Source: an uncultured Porphyromonadaceae bacterium (GTDB lineage Bacteria; Bacillota; Clostridia; Peptostreptococcales; Anaerovoracaceae). Taken from it: a stretch of DNA of 64,000 bases. Location: the NCBI GenBank assembly GCA_963634825.1, contig CAVHCP010000001.1, forward strand, positions 24,661 through 88,660, written 5' to 3'. The notes beneath the pieces were generated by a model. The model did not search any database, was not told the DNA's origin, and was given only the letters and a program-made list of their open reading frames with translations. This document shows, piece after piece, positions 18,571 to 28,477 of the stretch; the first letter of the stretch is position 1, and each line of letters starts with the position of its first letter. The translations under genes and the position numbers were made by a program.

Positions 18571-19956
18571 TTATCTTGTGATTTCGTCGTCTCTAGTCTT
18601 GCCAACATGACCAATTGCACTGATAGCACCAAAGATTACAGCACCTACGATTGCAGGTAGAATCCAGTTCATATCAAGTGAAGCAAGTGGAAGTTTAGCA
18701 ATTGCTCCTGTTAGTGATTCTAAGAATCCAGGAGTCTGCCATCCGTTCATTGCATATAGCTGAGCGATTCCCTTTGGCACTGAGATGCAAGCTACGAATA
18801 TAACCGCACCTGTGTAAATCCAGTTGTATTTGATGAACTTATCAAATAGTGTGAATAAGAACAATGCCATGTAAATTGGATATAGGATAGCCAATACAGG
18901 AACTGCGAAGTTGATGATAGTATTTACTCCAAAGAGTGAGATGAAGAAAGCAAGGATTGTTGAAACTGTTACAACGATCTTATAGAATCCTTCGTCCTTC
19001 TGGAATACTCTTGTGAAGAAGTTACCCGCAACGCCTGTCAAACCAACTGCTGTAGTCAAGCAAGCAAGAGCAGTAGCGATACCTATTACCCATTTACCTG
19101 CTGAACCATACATAGTAGTAAATACGCCAACAAGGATACCAGTTCTGTTATCGTTTGCTAGATACTCACCAGCATACTGTGGATCTCCTGACATTGTAGC
19201 ACCTACATAAGTAAGACCACCATATACTATTGCAAGTAGAAGTGCAGCTACCAAACCAACACCGATAGAAACTCTGAATCTTTCCTGTTCATTTTCGTAT
19301 CCCTTGTTGATAAGGTCAGTAACAACGATACCTGCCATCAAAGCTGAACCAAGAGCGTCCATTGTCTGGTAACCTTCAGTAAAGCCCTTGATGAATAGGT
19401 TGTCGATCATACCCTGCTCGATACCAGGTGAGCCTGTTGCGATTTCGCCTGCAGGCTTGAATATAGCAAGGATGATTGTTCCAACTAGGATGATAATCAA
19501 TACAGGTGTAAGGAATTTACCGATGATATCGATAACCTTAGCTGATCTGATTACGCATATCCAGCTTAGAGCAAAGAATACAAGTGAAGTAATCCATGCA
19601 GGAGCATTTTCTCCGAATGACTGCATTACAAATACTTCGTGAGTTGTTGCTGCTGTTCTTGGTACTGCGAATAGTACGCAAAGTACAGTTACTGAAATAA
19701 ATCCTAATGCAGCTGCGAATTTGTAAGATACTCTCTTACCCATGTCGTCAGCCATACCGCCAACCATAGCAGTTGCGATAACGCCCAATACTGGGAATAC
19801 AGGGTCTGCGATCAAGAATCCGACTGCTGACTGTACCCAGCCGTCACCTGACATAACCCCGAGGTATGGTGGGAAAATCAAGTTTCCTGCACCAAAGAAG
19901 ATTGCGAATAACGCAAATCCGACAACAATAATGTCTTTAGTCTTGTTCTTTTGCAT
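18571..19956 (-). CDS. brnQ: branched-chain amino acid transport system II carrier protein (LIVCS family)
   Basis: N-terminus VVGFALFAIFFGAGNLIFPPYLG is characteristic of BrnQ; about 12 TM segments. Confidence 0.85.
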   Translation of the reverse strand: MQKNKTKDIIVVGFALFAIFFGAGNLIFPPYLGVMSGDGWVQSAVGFLIADPVFPVLGVIATAMVGGMADDMGKRVSYKFAAALGFISVTVLCVLFAVPRTAATTHEVFVMQSFGENAPAWITSLVFFALSWICVIRSAKVIDIIGKFLTPVLIIILVGTIILAIFKPAGEIATGSPGIEQGMIDNLFIKGFTEGYQTMDALGSALMAGIVVTDLINKGYENEQERFRVSIGVGLVAALLLAIVYGGLTYVGATMSGDPQYAGEYLANDNRTGILVGVFTTMYGSAGKWVIGIATALACLTTAVGLTGVAGNFFTRVFQKDEGFYKIVVTVSTILAFFISLFGVNTIINFAVPVLAILYPIYMALFLFTLFDKFIKYNWIYTGAVIFVACISVPKGIAQLYAMNGWQTPGFLESLTGAIAKLPLASLDMNWILPAIVGAVIFGAISAIGHVGKTRDDEITR

Positions 19957-20005
19957 TTTTGAAACCTCTCTGTTTAAAAGATAAAACTAATATTTAGCTA
20001 AAGGC

Positions 20006-20989
20006 TTATAGCCCATTAACTACATTGTTTGGCTTTTCGCCAGCCATTACCTTTATCATATTGTCATAAGACCACTGTACCATTCTGATGAATGCGTCGT
20101 CAGTAGTTCCTGCAATATGAGGTGTAACAGTTAGATGATTGTTACCCACTTCATTTAGAGTGAATAGCGGATGATCAGGAGCAGGTGGCTCTGGTGCTAT
20201 TACATCAAGGCCTGCTGTAACTCTACCATTGTTAAGTGCATCTCTGAGATCCTCGTTATTTACGATTTCTCCTCTTGCAACATTTACAATGATAACATCA
20301 TCCTTCATCTTTGCGATAGTATCTTTGTTTACCATGCCTCTTGTAGAATCAAGGACAGGTACGTGGTATGAAAGAATATCGCACTGAGCATAAAGCTCGT
20401 CAAGAGTACAATATGTTAGATCGTATTCTTTTTCGAAATCTTCGTCTGCTCTTACTACGTCGTTGTAAAGAACTTTCGCTCCAAAAGCCTTTAGATACTT
20501 ACATGCTTCTTTACCGATAGCACCAAGACCTACAAGACCTACTGTTCTTGTACCAAGCTCCTTGTGTCCATTTTGTTTGAACTCAGCGAAGCATTCGTCG
20601 AAATGACCGGTTTTGATCCTAATGTCGTTAGGTGCAGTCTTTTTAAGACATGCAAGCATAAGTCCTACAGCATGTTCTGCAACAGATTTTGCATTTACTG
20701 CTCTGTTGTTGCAAACATAGATGCCTCTTTCATTTGTTGCTTCAAGGTCAATCTTGTCAAAGCCTACTCCAAGTGACTGGATTAGCTTTAATTTTGGTGA
20801 ACTTTTTACAACATCTGCGCTGATAATATCAACAGGTCCACACCAAAGAATATCAGCATCCTTTAGCGCTGCCTTGAGATCCTCGTCTGAGCAAGGCCAT
20901 TCGATGAAATCAAATTCCATACCTTCAGGCTTTGCAACTCCGAATCTCTGAACTCCTTTTGGCTCTCTTAGAGCAATAACCTTAGTCAT
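20006..20989 (-). CDS. D-isomer-specific 2-hydroxyacid dehydrogenase (LdhA/FldH-like 2-oxoacid reductase)
   Basis: NAD-binding motif GLVGLGAIGKE, and catalytic-region motifs NVARGEIV and TPHIAGTT typical of the D-2-HADH family. Confidence 0.85.
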   Translation of the reverse strand: MTKVIALREPKGVQRFGVAKPEGMEFDFIEWPCSDEDLKAALKDADILWCGPVDIISADVVKSSPKLKLIQSLGVGFDKIDLEATNERGIYVCNNRAVNAKSVAEHAVGLMLACLKKTAPNDIRIKTGHFDECFAEFKQNGHKELGTRTVGLVGLGAIGKEACKYLKAFGAKVLYNDVVRADEDFEKEYDLTYCTLDELYAQCDILSYHVPVLDSTRGMVNKDTIAKMKDDVIIVNVARGEIVNNEDLRDALNNGRVTAGLDVIAPEPPAPDHPLFTLNEVGNNHLTVTPHIAGTTDDAFIRMVQWSYDNMIKVMAGEKPNNVVNGL

Positions 20990-21026
20990 TTTATCCTCCT
21001 AAATAGATAATAAAACTTAGTGATAA

Positions 21027-22160
21027 TTATTTTAGTACTTCTTTGGCAATAACCATTTTCTGTACTTCAGAAGTTCCTTCATAAATAGAAGTAACCCTAA
21101 TATCTCTGTACATTCTTTCAATTGGATAATCTTTGATATAGCCGTATCCACCGTGTAGCTGGAGAGCTCTATCAACAATCCATTTGCCTTCTTCAGAAGC
21201 AAATAGCTTAGCCATTGATGCTTCCTTATCAGCAGGCTGTCCCATGTCCATCTTGTATGCCGCATCATAAACCAGGTGTCTGATAGCACATAGCTTAGTT
21301 TCCATTTCGGCAATCAAGAACTGAGTGTTCTGGAACTGTGACAATTTCTTTCCAAACTGCTTTCTTGCTTTGATATAGCTCTTAGCTTCTTCCATTGCAG
21401 CTGTTGCAATACCAAGTGCCTGAGCTGAGATACCAAGTCTTCCCAAAGAAAGTGTCTGCATCGCATTTACGAATCCATTGTCTACTTCGCCAAGAATATT
21501 TTCTGCAGGTACTCTTACATCTTCAAGTACAACGTCTGAAGTTGCACAACCGATCATACCCATCTTATCTTCTGGCTTACCGAATGATACGCCCTCAGAT
21601 TTTGAGTCAACGATAAATGCAGTAATACCCTTTACGCCCTTTGCAGGGTTAGTCTTAGCGAAAACGATTACATAATCAGAGAAAGGCGCTGCTGTGATGA
21701 AGGTCTTTCTACCATTGAGGATGTAGTCGTCGCCGTCTTTTACAGCTGTTGTCAAAACAGATGCTGCGTCAGAACCTGCACCAGGCTCAGTCAAGCCGAA
21801 TGCCAATACGATCTCGCCTCTTCCTAGTGGTGGAAGATATTTTTTCTTCTGTTCTTCGTTACCGAATTTTAGAAGAGGTGCAGCATATAGAGAGTTGTTT
21901 CCTGATACATAGATAGAAGCAACACCTGATGCTCTTGAAATTTCTTCCATTACTATAGCATACGATCTGTGGTCTCCGCCTGATCCGCCGTATTCTACCG
22001 GTGTTTTAACAGCCAAGAATCCGGCTTCGCCCATCTTTTTGTAGAGTTCCATTGGGAATTCTGCTGTCTTGTCAACATCTTCTGCTATTGGTTTGATTTC
22101 GTTTTCAGCAAAAGATCTTGCAAGCTGACGGACTAATTCATGTTCTTTTTCGAAAATCAT
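21027..22160 (-). CDS. acyl-CoA dehydrogenase (AcdB/butyryl-CoA dehydrogenase-like enoyl-CoA reductase)
   Basis: Full-length ACAD pattern: GLTEPGAGSD, catalytic-base region RVTSIYEGTSEVQ. Confidence 0.9.
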   Translation of the reverse strand: MIFEKEHELVRQLARSFAENEIKPIAEDVDKTAEFPMELYKKMGEAGFLAVKTPVEYGGSGGDHRSYAIVMEEISRASGVASIYVSGNNSLYAAPLLKFGNEEQKKKYLPPLGRGEIVLAFGLTEPGAGSDAASVLTTAVKDGDDYILNGRKTFITAAPFSDYVIVFAKTNPAKGVKGITAFIVDSKSEGVSFGKPEDKMGMIGCATSDVVLEDVRVPAENILGEVDNGFVNAMQTLSLGRLGISAQALGIATAAMEEAKSYIKARKQFGKKLSQFQNTQFLIAEMETKLCAIRHLVYDAAYKMDMGQPADKEASMAKLFASEEGKWIVDRALQLHGGYGYIKDYPIERMYRDIRVTSIYEGTSEVQKMVIAKEVLK

Positions 22161-22186
22161 AAAAATCCTCCTTAAAAATATATATA

Positions 22187-23308
22187 CTATAGCATCTCTG
22201 CAAATGTTTGCAATGATGTACGTGCCTGTTCAAAGTTGGTCATCTGATGATCTACTTCGATCATAACCAATTTGATGCCTTCTTTTTCGAGAGCCTTTTT
22301 AAAGATAGGATAATCAAATTCTTCTGGGTCACAGAATTTAGCCTGTACATAAAGTACTCCGTCTGCTCCTGATTTCTTAACCTTGTCGATTAAAATATCG
22401 CTTCTCTTCTTGTCTGCATCATATAGTAATGAGCATCCTTCAATATCTCCAAGATATTTAGCAAGTGCTCTGATAGGATTGTCTGTTCCTTCGTCAACAA
22501 GAGTTCTGAACTGTCTTGATTCCTGAGCTACCTCATCATCAACTATAGCAAGTTTATAGTCTTCGAGTATAGCATTTAGGTCATCAAGGCTTGTCAAGAT
22601 ACCTGTTGTAACGATTTTCTTTCCATCCCAAGGCTTAACTTCCTCTTTTTTGAGTTCTTCATTAAGCTCTGACAAAAGCTCTGTATACTCAGCTCTATCC
22701 ATATAATTAGCAATAGTAAGAACCTTGCTTCTCTTAGATGGAGTGATGATCTGAGGATATTTTGCAGCTAATTCTACGAATTCTTGCATAAGCTTTTTAG
22801 ATTTGTTATAAAGCTTGATAGCTTCTTCGATATCTGTATCTGAGAAAATATCTCCCTTGATTGCTTCAAGCTGCTCTTTAACCTTTCTGTACTGAGTTTC
22901 GTTGAAGTCAACTCCGCACTCAAGCTTTCTGTTCTGAGCCATAGCTACATGGATATAAGGAATCTTATCACCAACAGCTAATTTAATATTTTGTCCTAAA
23001 GCCTTTAGAGAGTCGCACTGGATAGATACCATGATACCTGATAAGCAATCAAGAGTACCATTTAGTGCCATTTCCATTGTTCTCTGTACTACAGAGCAAT
23101 AGAATGCAGGGAAATATTCCTTAGCTTCTGATACCTGTCCCTGGCTACCCCAAAGACCAACCGGTATCATTCCAGAAGCATATACGATTTCTACAGGCAT
23201 ATGAATCGGAGAAACACCAATCAATTTTTTACCTTCTGCCTGGTATTTTTTTACCAAATCAGCTATGCTGACATCGAATTTTTTTAATACGTTTGCAACA
23301 TTACTCAT
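22187..23308 (-). CDS. 2-hydroxyacyl-CoA dehydratase, beta subunit (HadC/FldC/HgdB-like)
   Basis: 373 aa, directly downstream of the alpha subunit. HgdB-family pattern (PVEIVYASGMIPVGLWG, FCDPEEFDYP). Confidence 0.85.
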   Translation of the reverse strand: MSNVANVLKKFDVSIADLVKKYQAEGKKLIGVSPIHMPVEIVYASGMIPVGLWGSQGQVSEAKEYFPAFYCSVVQRTMEMALNGTLDCLSGIMVSIQCDSLKALGQNIKLAVGDKIPYIHVAMAQNRKLECGVDFNETQYRKVKEQLEAIKGDIFSDTDIEEAIKLYNKSKKLMQEFVELAAKYPQIITPSKRSKVLTIANYMDRAEYTELLSELNEELKKEEVKPWDGKKIVTTGILTSLDDLNAILEDYKLAIVDDEVAQESRQFRTLVDEGTDNPIRALAKYLGDIEGCSLLYDADKKRSDILIDKVKKSGADGVLYVQAKFCDPEEFDYPIFKKALEKEGIKLVMIEVDHQMTNFEQARTSLQTFAEML

Positions 23309-23311
23309 TGA

Positions 23312-24529
23312 TTATTTCGCCTCCTTATTTGCAGCCATTACTTCAATAAGGCCCTGTACTCTTGTATCATACTGTGCTTCTGAGAAGTTTCTTGGGTCAG
23401 CCTGGTCGCCATCAAAGATAGCAGTTGGAATACCAGTTTCTTCTCTGATAACTCTTTCGAGTTCATACATCTGTCCTGACCACTGCTTACAGCTTCTGTT
23501 GATGTGGATCAAAGCGCCGTCACAGTCATTTTCTCTGATAACCTTCAATCTCATATCTGCTGATCTCTCGAAGCTGATTGCGTTTGGAGTTCTGCAGTAT
23601 GCCTGCATCAGTTCATTTGTATTGCCATAGATATATCCGAAAGCGTCAGCATAAACTGTACCGCATACATTAACACCAGCATCCTTCAAAGTCTTGAATG
23701 TGTGTCTTAGGTGTGGCCAGCAAGCTATACCTTCAAACATAACTCTGTACTTTTCTTCGCCCTTAAATGTTGATTTGCCTTCTTTAACATTTTCTTCGAA
23801 TTCTTTTAGAAGTAGCTCAAATGCTTCGGCAGATTCTTTCTTACCTCTTGCACAAACTGCTACTGCCATGTGGTTAAATACATCAAATCCGCTGAATGGT
23901 GAAGGAGTGTATCTGCACATACTTGTTGCAGCAAGCCATGCTCTACCTGTTCTCTGAGAAATTTCCATTACCTCTTCAAACTTCTTTTGATCCCATTTTT
24001 TACCTGTGATCTCTTCGAGCTGTTCAATAGCATGCTTGAACTGTCCTCTTACGTAAGCTATTCTGTCATCTTCTGCATCATAATCATTGTTGTATGGAAT
24101 ATCTACAAGGATCATTGGAATATCAAGTTCCTTTGCGATATTTTCGTACCATTTGATCATGCAGTTACAGATGTTGTTACAGCATAGTACGAAATCAGGC
24201 TGTGGCATGTTTAGCTCCGGAGCATCCTTTACCTGCATATATGCCAAGCTTATTCTTGCATATGCACAGATGTCATTTGAATATCCGCTTTGCTCTGCAG
24301 TTTCGCACATTCTCTCTCCACCGCCTTTAGCTGCGATAGCCGCTGCTTGGTTTTCAGGATATACTACCTTAACACCAAGAGTTTCAAAGATTTCCTGTGG
24401 GAAGTTAGATGCACACCAGCCCACTTTTTCACCGGCGTTTTTAGCATCCCACGCACCCTGATAATGCTCAGCAACTATCTTGTTTAACAGATCCCTAGCC
24501 ATTACCGGCTTAGCTTCTACATTACTCAT
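23312..24529 (-). CDS. 2-hydroxyacyl-CoA dehydratase, alpha subunit (HadB/FldB/HgdA-like)
   Basis: HgdA-family pattern (VGWCASNFPQEIFETLGVKVVYPENQAA, IHINRSCKQWSG). Start placed at the ATG at 24529, preceded by AAAGGGG. The ORF-track start at 24547 overlaps the activator stop. Confidence 0.85.
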   Translation of the reverse strand: MSNVEAKPVMARDLLNKIVAEHYQGAWDAKNAGEKVGWCASNFPQEIFETLGVKVVYPENQAAAIAAKGGGERMCETAEQSGYSNDICAYARISLAYMQVKDAPELNMPQPDFVLCCNNICNCMIKWYENIAKELDIPMILVDIPYNNDYDAEDDRIAYVRGQFKHAIEQLEEITGKKWDQKKFEEVMEISQRTGRAWLAATSMCRYTPSPFSGFDVFNHMAVAVCARGKKESAEAFELLLKEFEENVKEGKSTFKGEEKYRVMFEGIACWPHLRHTFKTLKDAGVNVCGTVYADAFGYIYGNTNELMQAYCRTPNAISFERSADMRLKVIRENDCDGALIHINRSCKQWSGQMYELERVIREETGIPTAIFDGDQADPRNFSEAQYDTRVQGLIEVMAANKEAK

Positions 24530-24543
24530 GTTGTACCCCTTTC

Positions 24544-25332
24544 TCATTTTTTTAAATAAAATTCATACGCATAGATTGCTGCTCCCAATGCACCTGCTAA
24601 CTGGGATTCATCAGAAACTGCAATAGTTGTATCAAGTTCCTCTTCTAACGCTCTGACCACTCCGGAATTTCGCGAAACCCCGCCTGTCATAACTACAGGT
24701 GGCTCTACGCCTATTCTCTTTGCCTGACCTGCAACTCGGCTTGCAACCGAAGCATGTATGCCTTTGATGATGCTCTTAACATCCGCATTATGCGCAAGTG
24801 AGGAGATTACCTCTGATTCGGCAAAGACTGTACATGTCGATGATATCGGTGTCTTTGATGTAGCTTCTGCATCAAGCTTACCAAATTCATCAAGATCTAC
24901 ATGAAGTACATTTGCCATTACCTCGAGAAATCTGCCTGTACCGGCTGCACATTTGTCATTCATAACAAAGTTTTGCAGTTGACCGTTTTTATCAATTCGC
25001 AGTACTTTTGCATCCTGTCCGCCTATGTCGATTATAGTGCCTACCTGACCAAAGATACACGAACCGCCTTTAGCATGGCAACTTAGCTCACTCATAGTCT
25101 TGTCCGCTCTCTCATATGTATTTCGACCATATCCTGTCGAAACGATAGCCGACATATCATCGAGAGTCAGCCCCGCTTTACCCAGGGCCTCCTCAAGGAT
25201 GATGTCAACGCCGTCAGTGCCGGCGCCTTTTGCTACAAGCGCACTGCTAATTTTTTCTTTTCCATCTGCCAATATGACGCACTTAGAAGAAGTCGAGCCA
25301 ATGTCTACTCCTAATGTATAAATTTTGCTCAT
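24544..25332 (-). CDS. 2-hydroxyacyl-CoA dehydratase activator (HadI/FldI/HgdC-type ATPase, archerase)
   Basis: Near-collinear with HgdC as I recall it: YTLGVDIGSTSSKCVIL, DIGGQDAKV, MNDKCAAGTGRFLEVMA, ISSTCTVFAESEVIS, VMTGGVS. Confidence 0.92.
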   Translation of the reverse strand: MSKIYTLGVDIGSTSSKCVILADGKEKISSALVAKGAGTDGVDIILEEALGKAGLTLDDMSAIVSTGYGRNTYERADKTMSELSCHAKGGSCIFGQVGTIIDIGGQDAKVLRIDKNGQLQNFVMNDKCAAGTGRFLEVMANVLHVDLDEFGKLDAEATSKTPISSTCTVFAESEVISSLAHNADVKSIIKGIHASVASRVAGQAKRIGVEPPVVMTGGVSRNSGVVRALEEELDTTIAVSDESQLAGALGAAIYAYEFYLKK

Positions 25333-25333
25333 T

Positions 25334-26584
25334 TTATTGATCTCCGATGTAAATTACTCCATTTGCTTTGAATTCAGCGATCTGCTCATCAGTATATCCG
25401 ATTTCCTTCATGATATCTTCTGACTGTTCACCGATCATAGGACCCTTCTTGTATTCTGCAGGACCCATTTCCTGGAATTTAACAGGTAGTTTTACAAGAG
25501 TTCTTTCTGCTCCGTTGTCATAAGTCATCTTGTAGAAGCAGTCATTTGCCCAAGCCTGCTCGTCAACAAGGATTTCTTCCCATGACTGAGCTACCGAGAA
25601 TGCGAAGTCTGCCTTTGTAAGGATTGGCTTCCACTCTTCTGCAGTCTTTGTCTTGAACTTATCCATAATCATGTCATAAATCTCAGAATTTAGACCGTTT
25701 GCGATTAAGTTAGTTACAGGATAATATTTTTCGTCATCTACAAGATCAGGTCTTTCGATAACTTCCATCCATCTGTTGTAATAAGTGTTGTAGTCAGGCA
25801 TGCAAGTCTGAATAAATCTGCCGTCCTTTGTTTCCCAAGCAGCGTTGAATGGGTTGTTTGACTCTCTGATTGCGATAGGATATTTAACTCCGATATCCTC
25901 ATACTGAGCAGCCTGTACCATCATACCCATGTTATGGATAGCTGTTTCGAATAATGAAGTTTCTACTTTTTCGCCTTCGCCTGTCTTTGTTGCCTTATAA
26001 AGAGCAGCAAGTACACCAGCGGCAAGGTTCATACCAACGTTGTGGTCGCCAAGACCAGGACATACATTCATAGGTACTGTGCCCTTCTGTCTTAGTGATT
26101 CGAGATATCCGCCTCTTGCAAAGAATGAAGTGAAGTCAAATCCAGGAAGATCCTTGTCAGGACCGTATTCGCCATATCCTGTAATCATCGCATATACAAG
26201 CTTAGGGAATTTGCCTTTTAGTGACTCATAATCAAGTCCGTTCTTTTGAAGTGACTGAACTCTGTTATTTGTAATGAAGATGTCTGCATCTTCCAATAAT
26301 TTAAATAGTGCCTCTTTACCTGCTGGATCCTTAGTATTTAGAGAGATACATCTCTTGTTACCATTTTCAAGATCCCAAGTAGTATTTTCGTGGAATAATG
26401 ACCATTTATCGCTTGGTCTTCCTTCTGTTGGTGCAGTATATCTTAGTGGATCTCCCTTTGCTGATTCTACTTTGATAACATCAGCACCGAGGTCAGCTAA
26501 AAATCTGCCTGTTGTAGCTGCAGCGATAAATGTAGCATATTCAACTACTTTAACGCCTTCTAATGGCTTTTTTGTGTTACTCAT
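25334..26584 (-). CDS. family III CoA-transferase (HadA/FldA-like 2-hydroxyacid:enoyl-CoA CoA-transferase)
   Basis: CaiB/BaiF family N-terminus PLEGVKVVEYATFIAAATTGRFLADLGADVIKVE. Sits in the position of hadA/fldA, immediately upstream of the activator. Confidence 0.85.
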   Translation of the reverse strand: MSNTKKPLEGVKVVEYATFIAAATTGRFLADLGADVIKVESAKGDPLRYTAPTEGRPSDKWSLFHENTTWDLENGNKRCISLNTKDPAGKEALFKLLEDADIFITNNRVQSLQKNGLDYESLKGKFPKLVYAMITGYGEYGPDKDLPGFDFTSFFARGGYLESLRQKGTVPMNVCPGLGDHNVGMNLAAGVLAALYKATKTGEGEKVETSLFETAIHNMGMMVQAAQYEDIGVKYPIAIRESNNPFNAAWETKDGRFIQTCMPDYNTYYNRWMEVIERPDLVDDEKYYPVTNLIANGLNSEIYDMIMDKFKTKTAEEWKPILTKADFAFSVAQSWEEILVDEQAWANDCFYKMTYDNGAERTLVKLPVKFQEMGPAEYKKGPMIGEQSEDIMKEIGYTDEQIAEFKANGVIYIGDQ

Positions 26585-26692
26585 TTATTTATCCTCCTTA
26601 GTTTTAGCTAAACATTTGATTGACTTTAATTATAATAATAATTATATCAATCTTTACCCGATAAGTAAATACCGAGTAAGATTATTAACAGC

Positions 26693-28261
26693 TTATTTTG
26701 TCCTGCCTGCGGCTATATCCGCTATGACTTTATTTTTAAGAACCTTCTCATTTATCTTGCCTGAGCTGTTTCGTGGCATTTCCTCCATAAAGAAAATGTA
26801 TTCGGGTATTTTGTAATCGCTTATTTTGCCCTTTAGCTCGCGTTTTATCCTTTCCCTCAGCTCCGGATCCTCTTTGCCCTCGATGCAGGCTGTTATCTCT
26901 TCCTGAAGCACTATTGCAGGCACTCCGAATACTTTAACATCCGTGGTGCCGACAATATCCTTTATGGCCTTTTCTATTTCGAGTGGCGAAATATTTTCTC
27001 CGCCCCTTATAATCAAATTTTTAAATCTTCCGGTTATGACCAAGTTGCCGTCTTTTCTGATATATCCGAGGTCTCCGCTCTTTAGCCATCCGTCTTCAGT
27101 AAAAGCATTTTTTGTTTCCTCCGGATTAGCTATATATCCTTGCATAACATTATATCCTTTTATTTGGATCTCTCCCTCTATATTGCACCTACAAGGCTTT
27201 GTTGCGCCCTTTCGCATAGTTCTGACTTTTACTCCCGGAATAGGAGAACCTGAAGTATTTGCTTTTACTTCGATAGGATCATCATTTTTGCACAGCGTCA
27301 CACACGGCGAAGTTTCGGTCTGACCGTATGACGGTTGCAGATTTATCCCGTCAAACATTTGACAAATTTCGATATAGTCTTGCGGGAATATCTGCGATCC
27401 CGCTATAATACCGCTTTTTACGGAGCTCAAATCATAATCCTTACGATTTTTATTTCTGAGCATCGCCAAAAACATCGTAGGCACTCCATTCATAATGGTG
27501 CACTTATGCTTTTGAATTGCCCTGAAAATATCGACCGAGCGAGTACTCTGCAAAAGGCACATTTTGAAACAAGCGTGCAGCATAGTCAAAATGCAACCTG
27601 TTATGCCAAATGTATGAAACAAAGGAACGGTTACAAGCATTATATCGTTTTCGTTCCAGCCGAGCTGATCTGCCATCGCAATGGCGTTGTTCATTACATT
27701 ATAATGCGAGAGCTCTACACCCTTGCTGTTTCCTGTAGTTCCTGAAGTGAATAATACATTTGCGATACTATTGTAATCGGTAGACGGCTCAAATGAAACA
27801 TTTTCGCCTTCCCTTGCGATTTCCTGCCACTTCTCGTATGACTTTAGCATATATGTGCAGGTCCTTACCGTTGTATTTGGATAGAGAAGCTGTCTCATTG
27901 TATTTTCGTATGAGACCTCTTCGAAATTTTTCGAATAAAAGAAATGTGTTAGGTTGGTAAGCCCGATACATCTCTCGAGCTCTGCTTTTGTAAATCTTGT
28001 GTTAAACAGGACTGCTGTTGCGCCCATTTTAACAACTGCAAAATAATGAAAAATCCAGCTGTCGCTGTTTGTGCCAATGATGCCTACATGATCTCCCGGC
28101 TTTATGTTTGCCTCCTGCATCTCTGTGCAAAGCACATTTACAATGCAGTGAATATCATGCCACGTATATACGCCATCTTTTACGACAAGTGCCGGTTTAT
28201 CAGGAGTACATTTGGCTCTCATATCGAGAACCTCTCCTATTGTTTTTTCGATAAATTCCAA
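26693..28261 (-). CDS. AMP-dependent acyl-CoA synthetase/ligase
   Basis: Adenylate-forming motifs LFTSGTTGNSKGV, SYGQTE, SGDLGY and GKI near the C-terminus. TTG start with SD GGAG 7 nt upstream. Codon usage by eye (ATA, CGA, GCG) differs from the highly biased downstream genes. Confidence 0.88.
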   Translation of the reverse strand: MEFIEKTIGEVLDMRAKCTPDKPALVVKDGVYTWHDIHCIVNVLCTEMQEANIKPGDHVGIIGTNSDSWIFHYFAVVKMGATAVLFNTRFTKAELERCIGLTNLTHFFYSKNFEEVSYENTMRQLLYPNTTVRTCTYMLKSYEKWQEIAREGENVSFEPSTDYNSIANVLFTSGTTGNSKGVELSHYNVMNNAIAMADQLGWNENDIMLVTVPLFHTFGITGCILTMLHACFKMCLLQSTRSVDIFRAIQKHKCTIMNGVPTMFLAMLRNKNRKDYDLSSVKSGIIAGSQIFPQDYIEICQMFDGINLQPSYGQTETSPCVTLCKNDDPIEVKANTSGSPIPGVKVRTMRKGATKPCRCNIEGEIQIKGYNVMQGYIANPEETKNAFTEDGWLKSGDLGYIRKDGNLVITGRFKNLIIRGGENISPLEIEKAIKDIVGTTDVKVFGVPAIVLQEEITACIEGKEDPELRERIKRELKGKISDYKIPEYIFFMEEMPRNSSGKINEKVLKNKVIADIAAGRTK

Positions 28262-28325
28262 TTTGTTTCTCCAAACTTTTTAGTAGTTAGATATACCCTT
28301 GTTATTTTTTTATCTTTTCATTGAC

Positions 28326-28354
28326 AGTATACATTTTTGTTTCAAAAATTGCAA
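28326..28354 (-). promoter_or_regulatory. putative promoter of the ligase/dehydratase gene string
   Basis: Minus strand reads TTGCAA-17 nt-TATACT, about 65 nt upstream of the TTG start. Confidence 0.45.
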
Positions 28355-28410
28355 TTGATTTTTCGTGAATTTTCCAAAGAAATTAAAGATTATTTTTAAT
28401 TAAATTTTTT

Positions 28411-28440
28411 TTGTAACAGGCTAACAAAATGTGGTACAAT
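28411..28440 (+). promoter_or_regulatory. putative asd promoter
   Basis: TTGTAA-18 nt-TACAAT with an extended -10 (TGgTACAAT), 38 nt upstream of the ATG. Confidence 0.5.
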
Positions 28441-28477
28441 CATATGTAAATATTACATAAAGAACAGGAGAATAGTC

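Noticed and set aside
28262-28477. Lysine riboswitch or T-box leader upstream of asd
   Set aside because: The region is short and extremely AT-rich, and is accounted for by two divergent promoters. There are no conserved L-box or T-box helices and no specifier/terminator arrangement.
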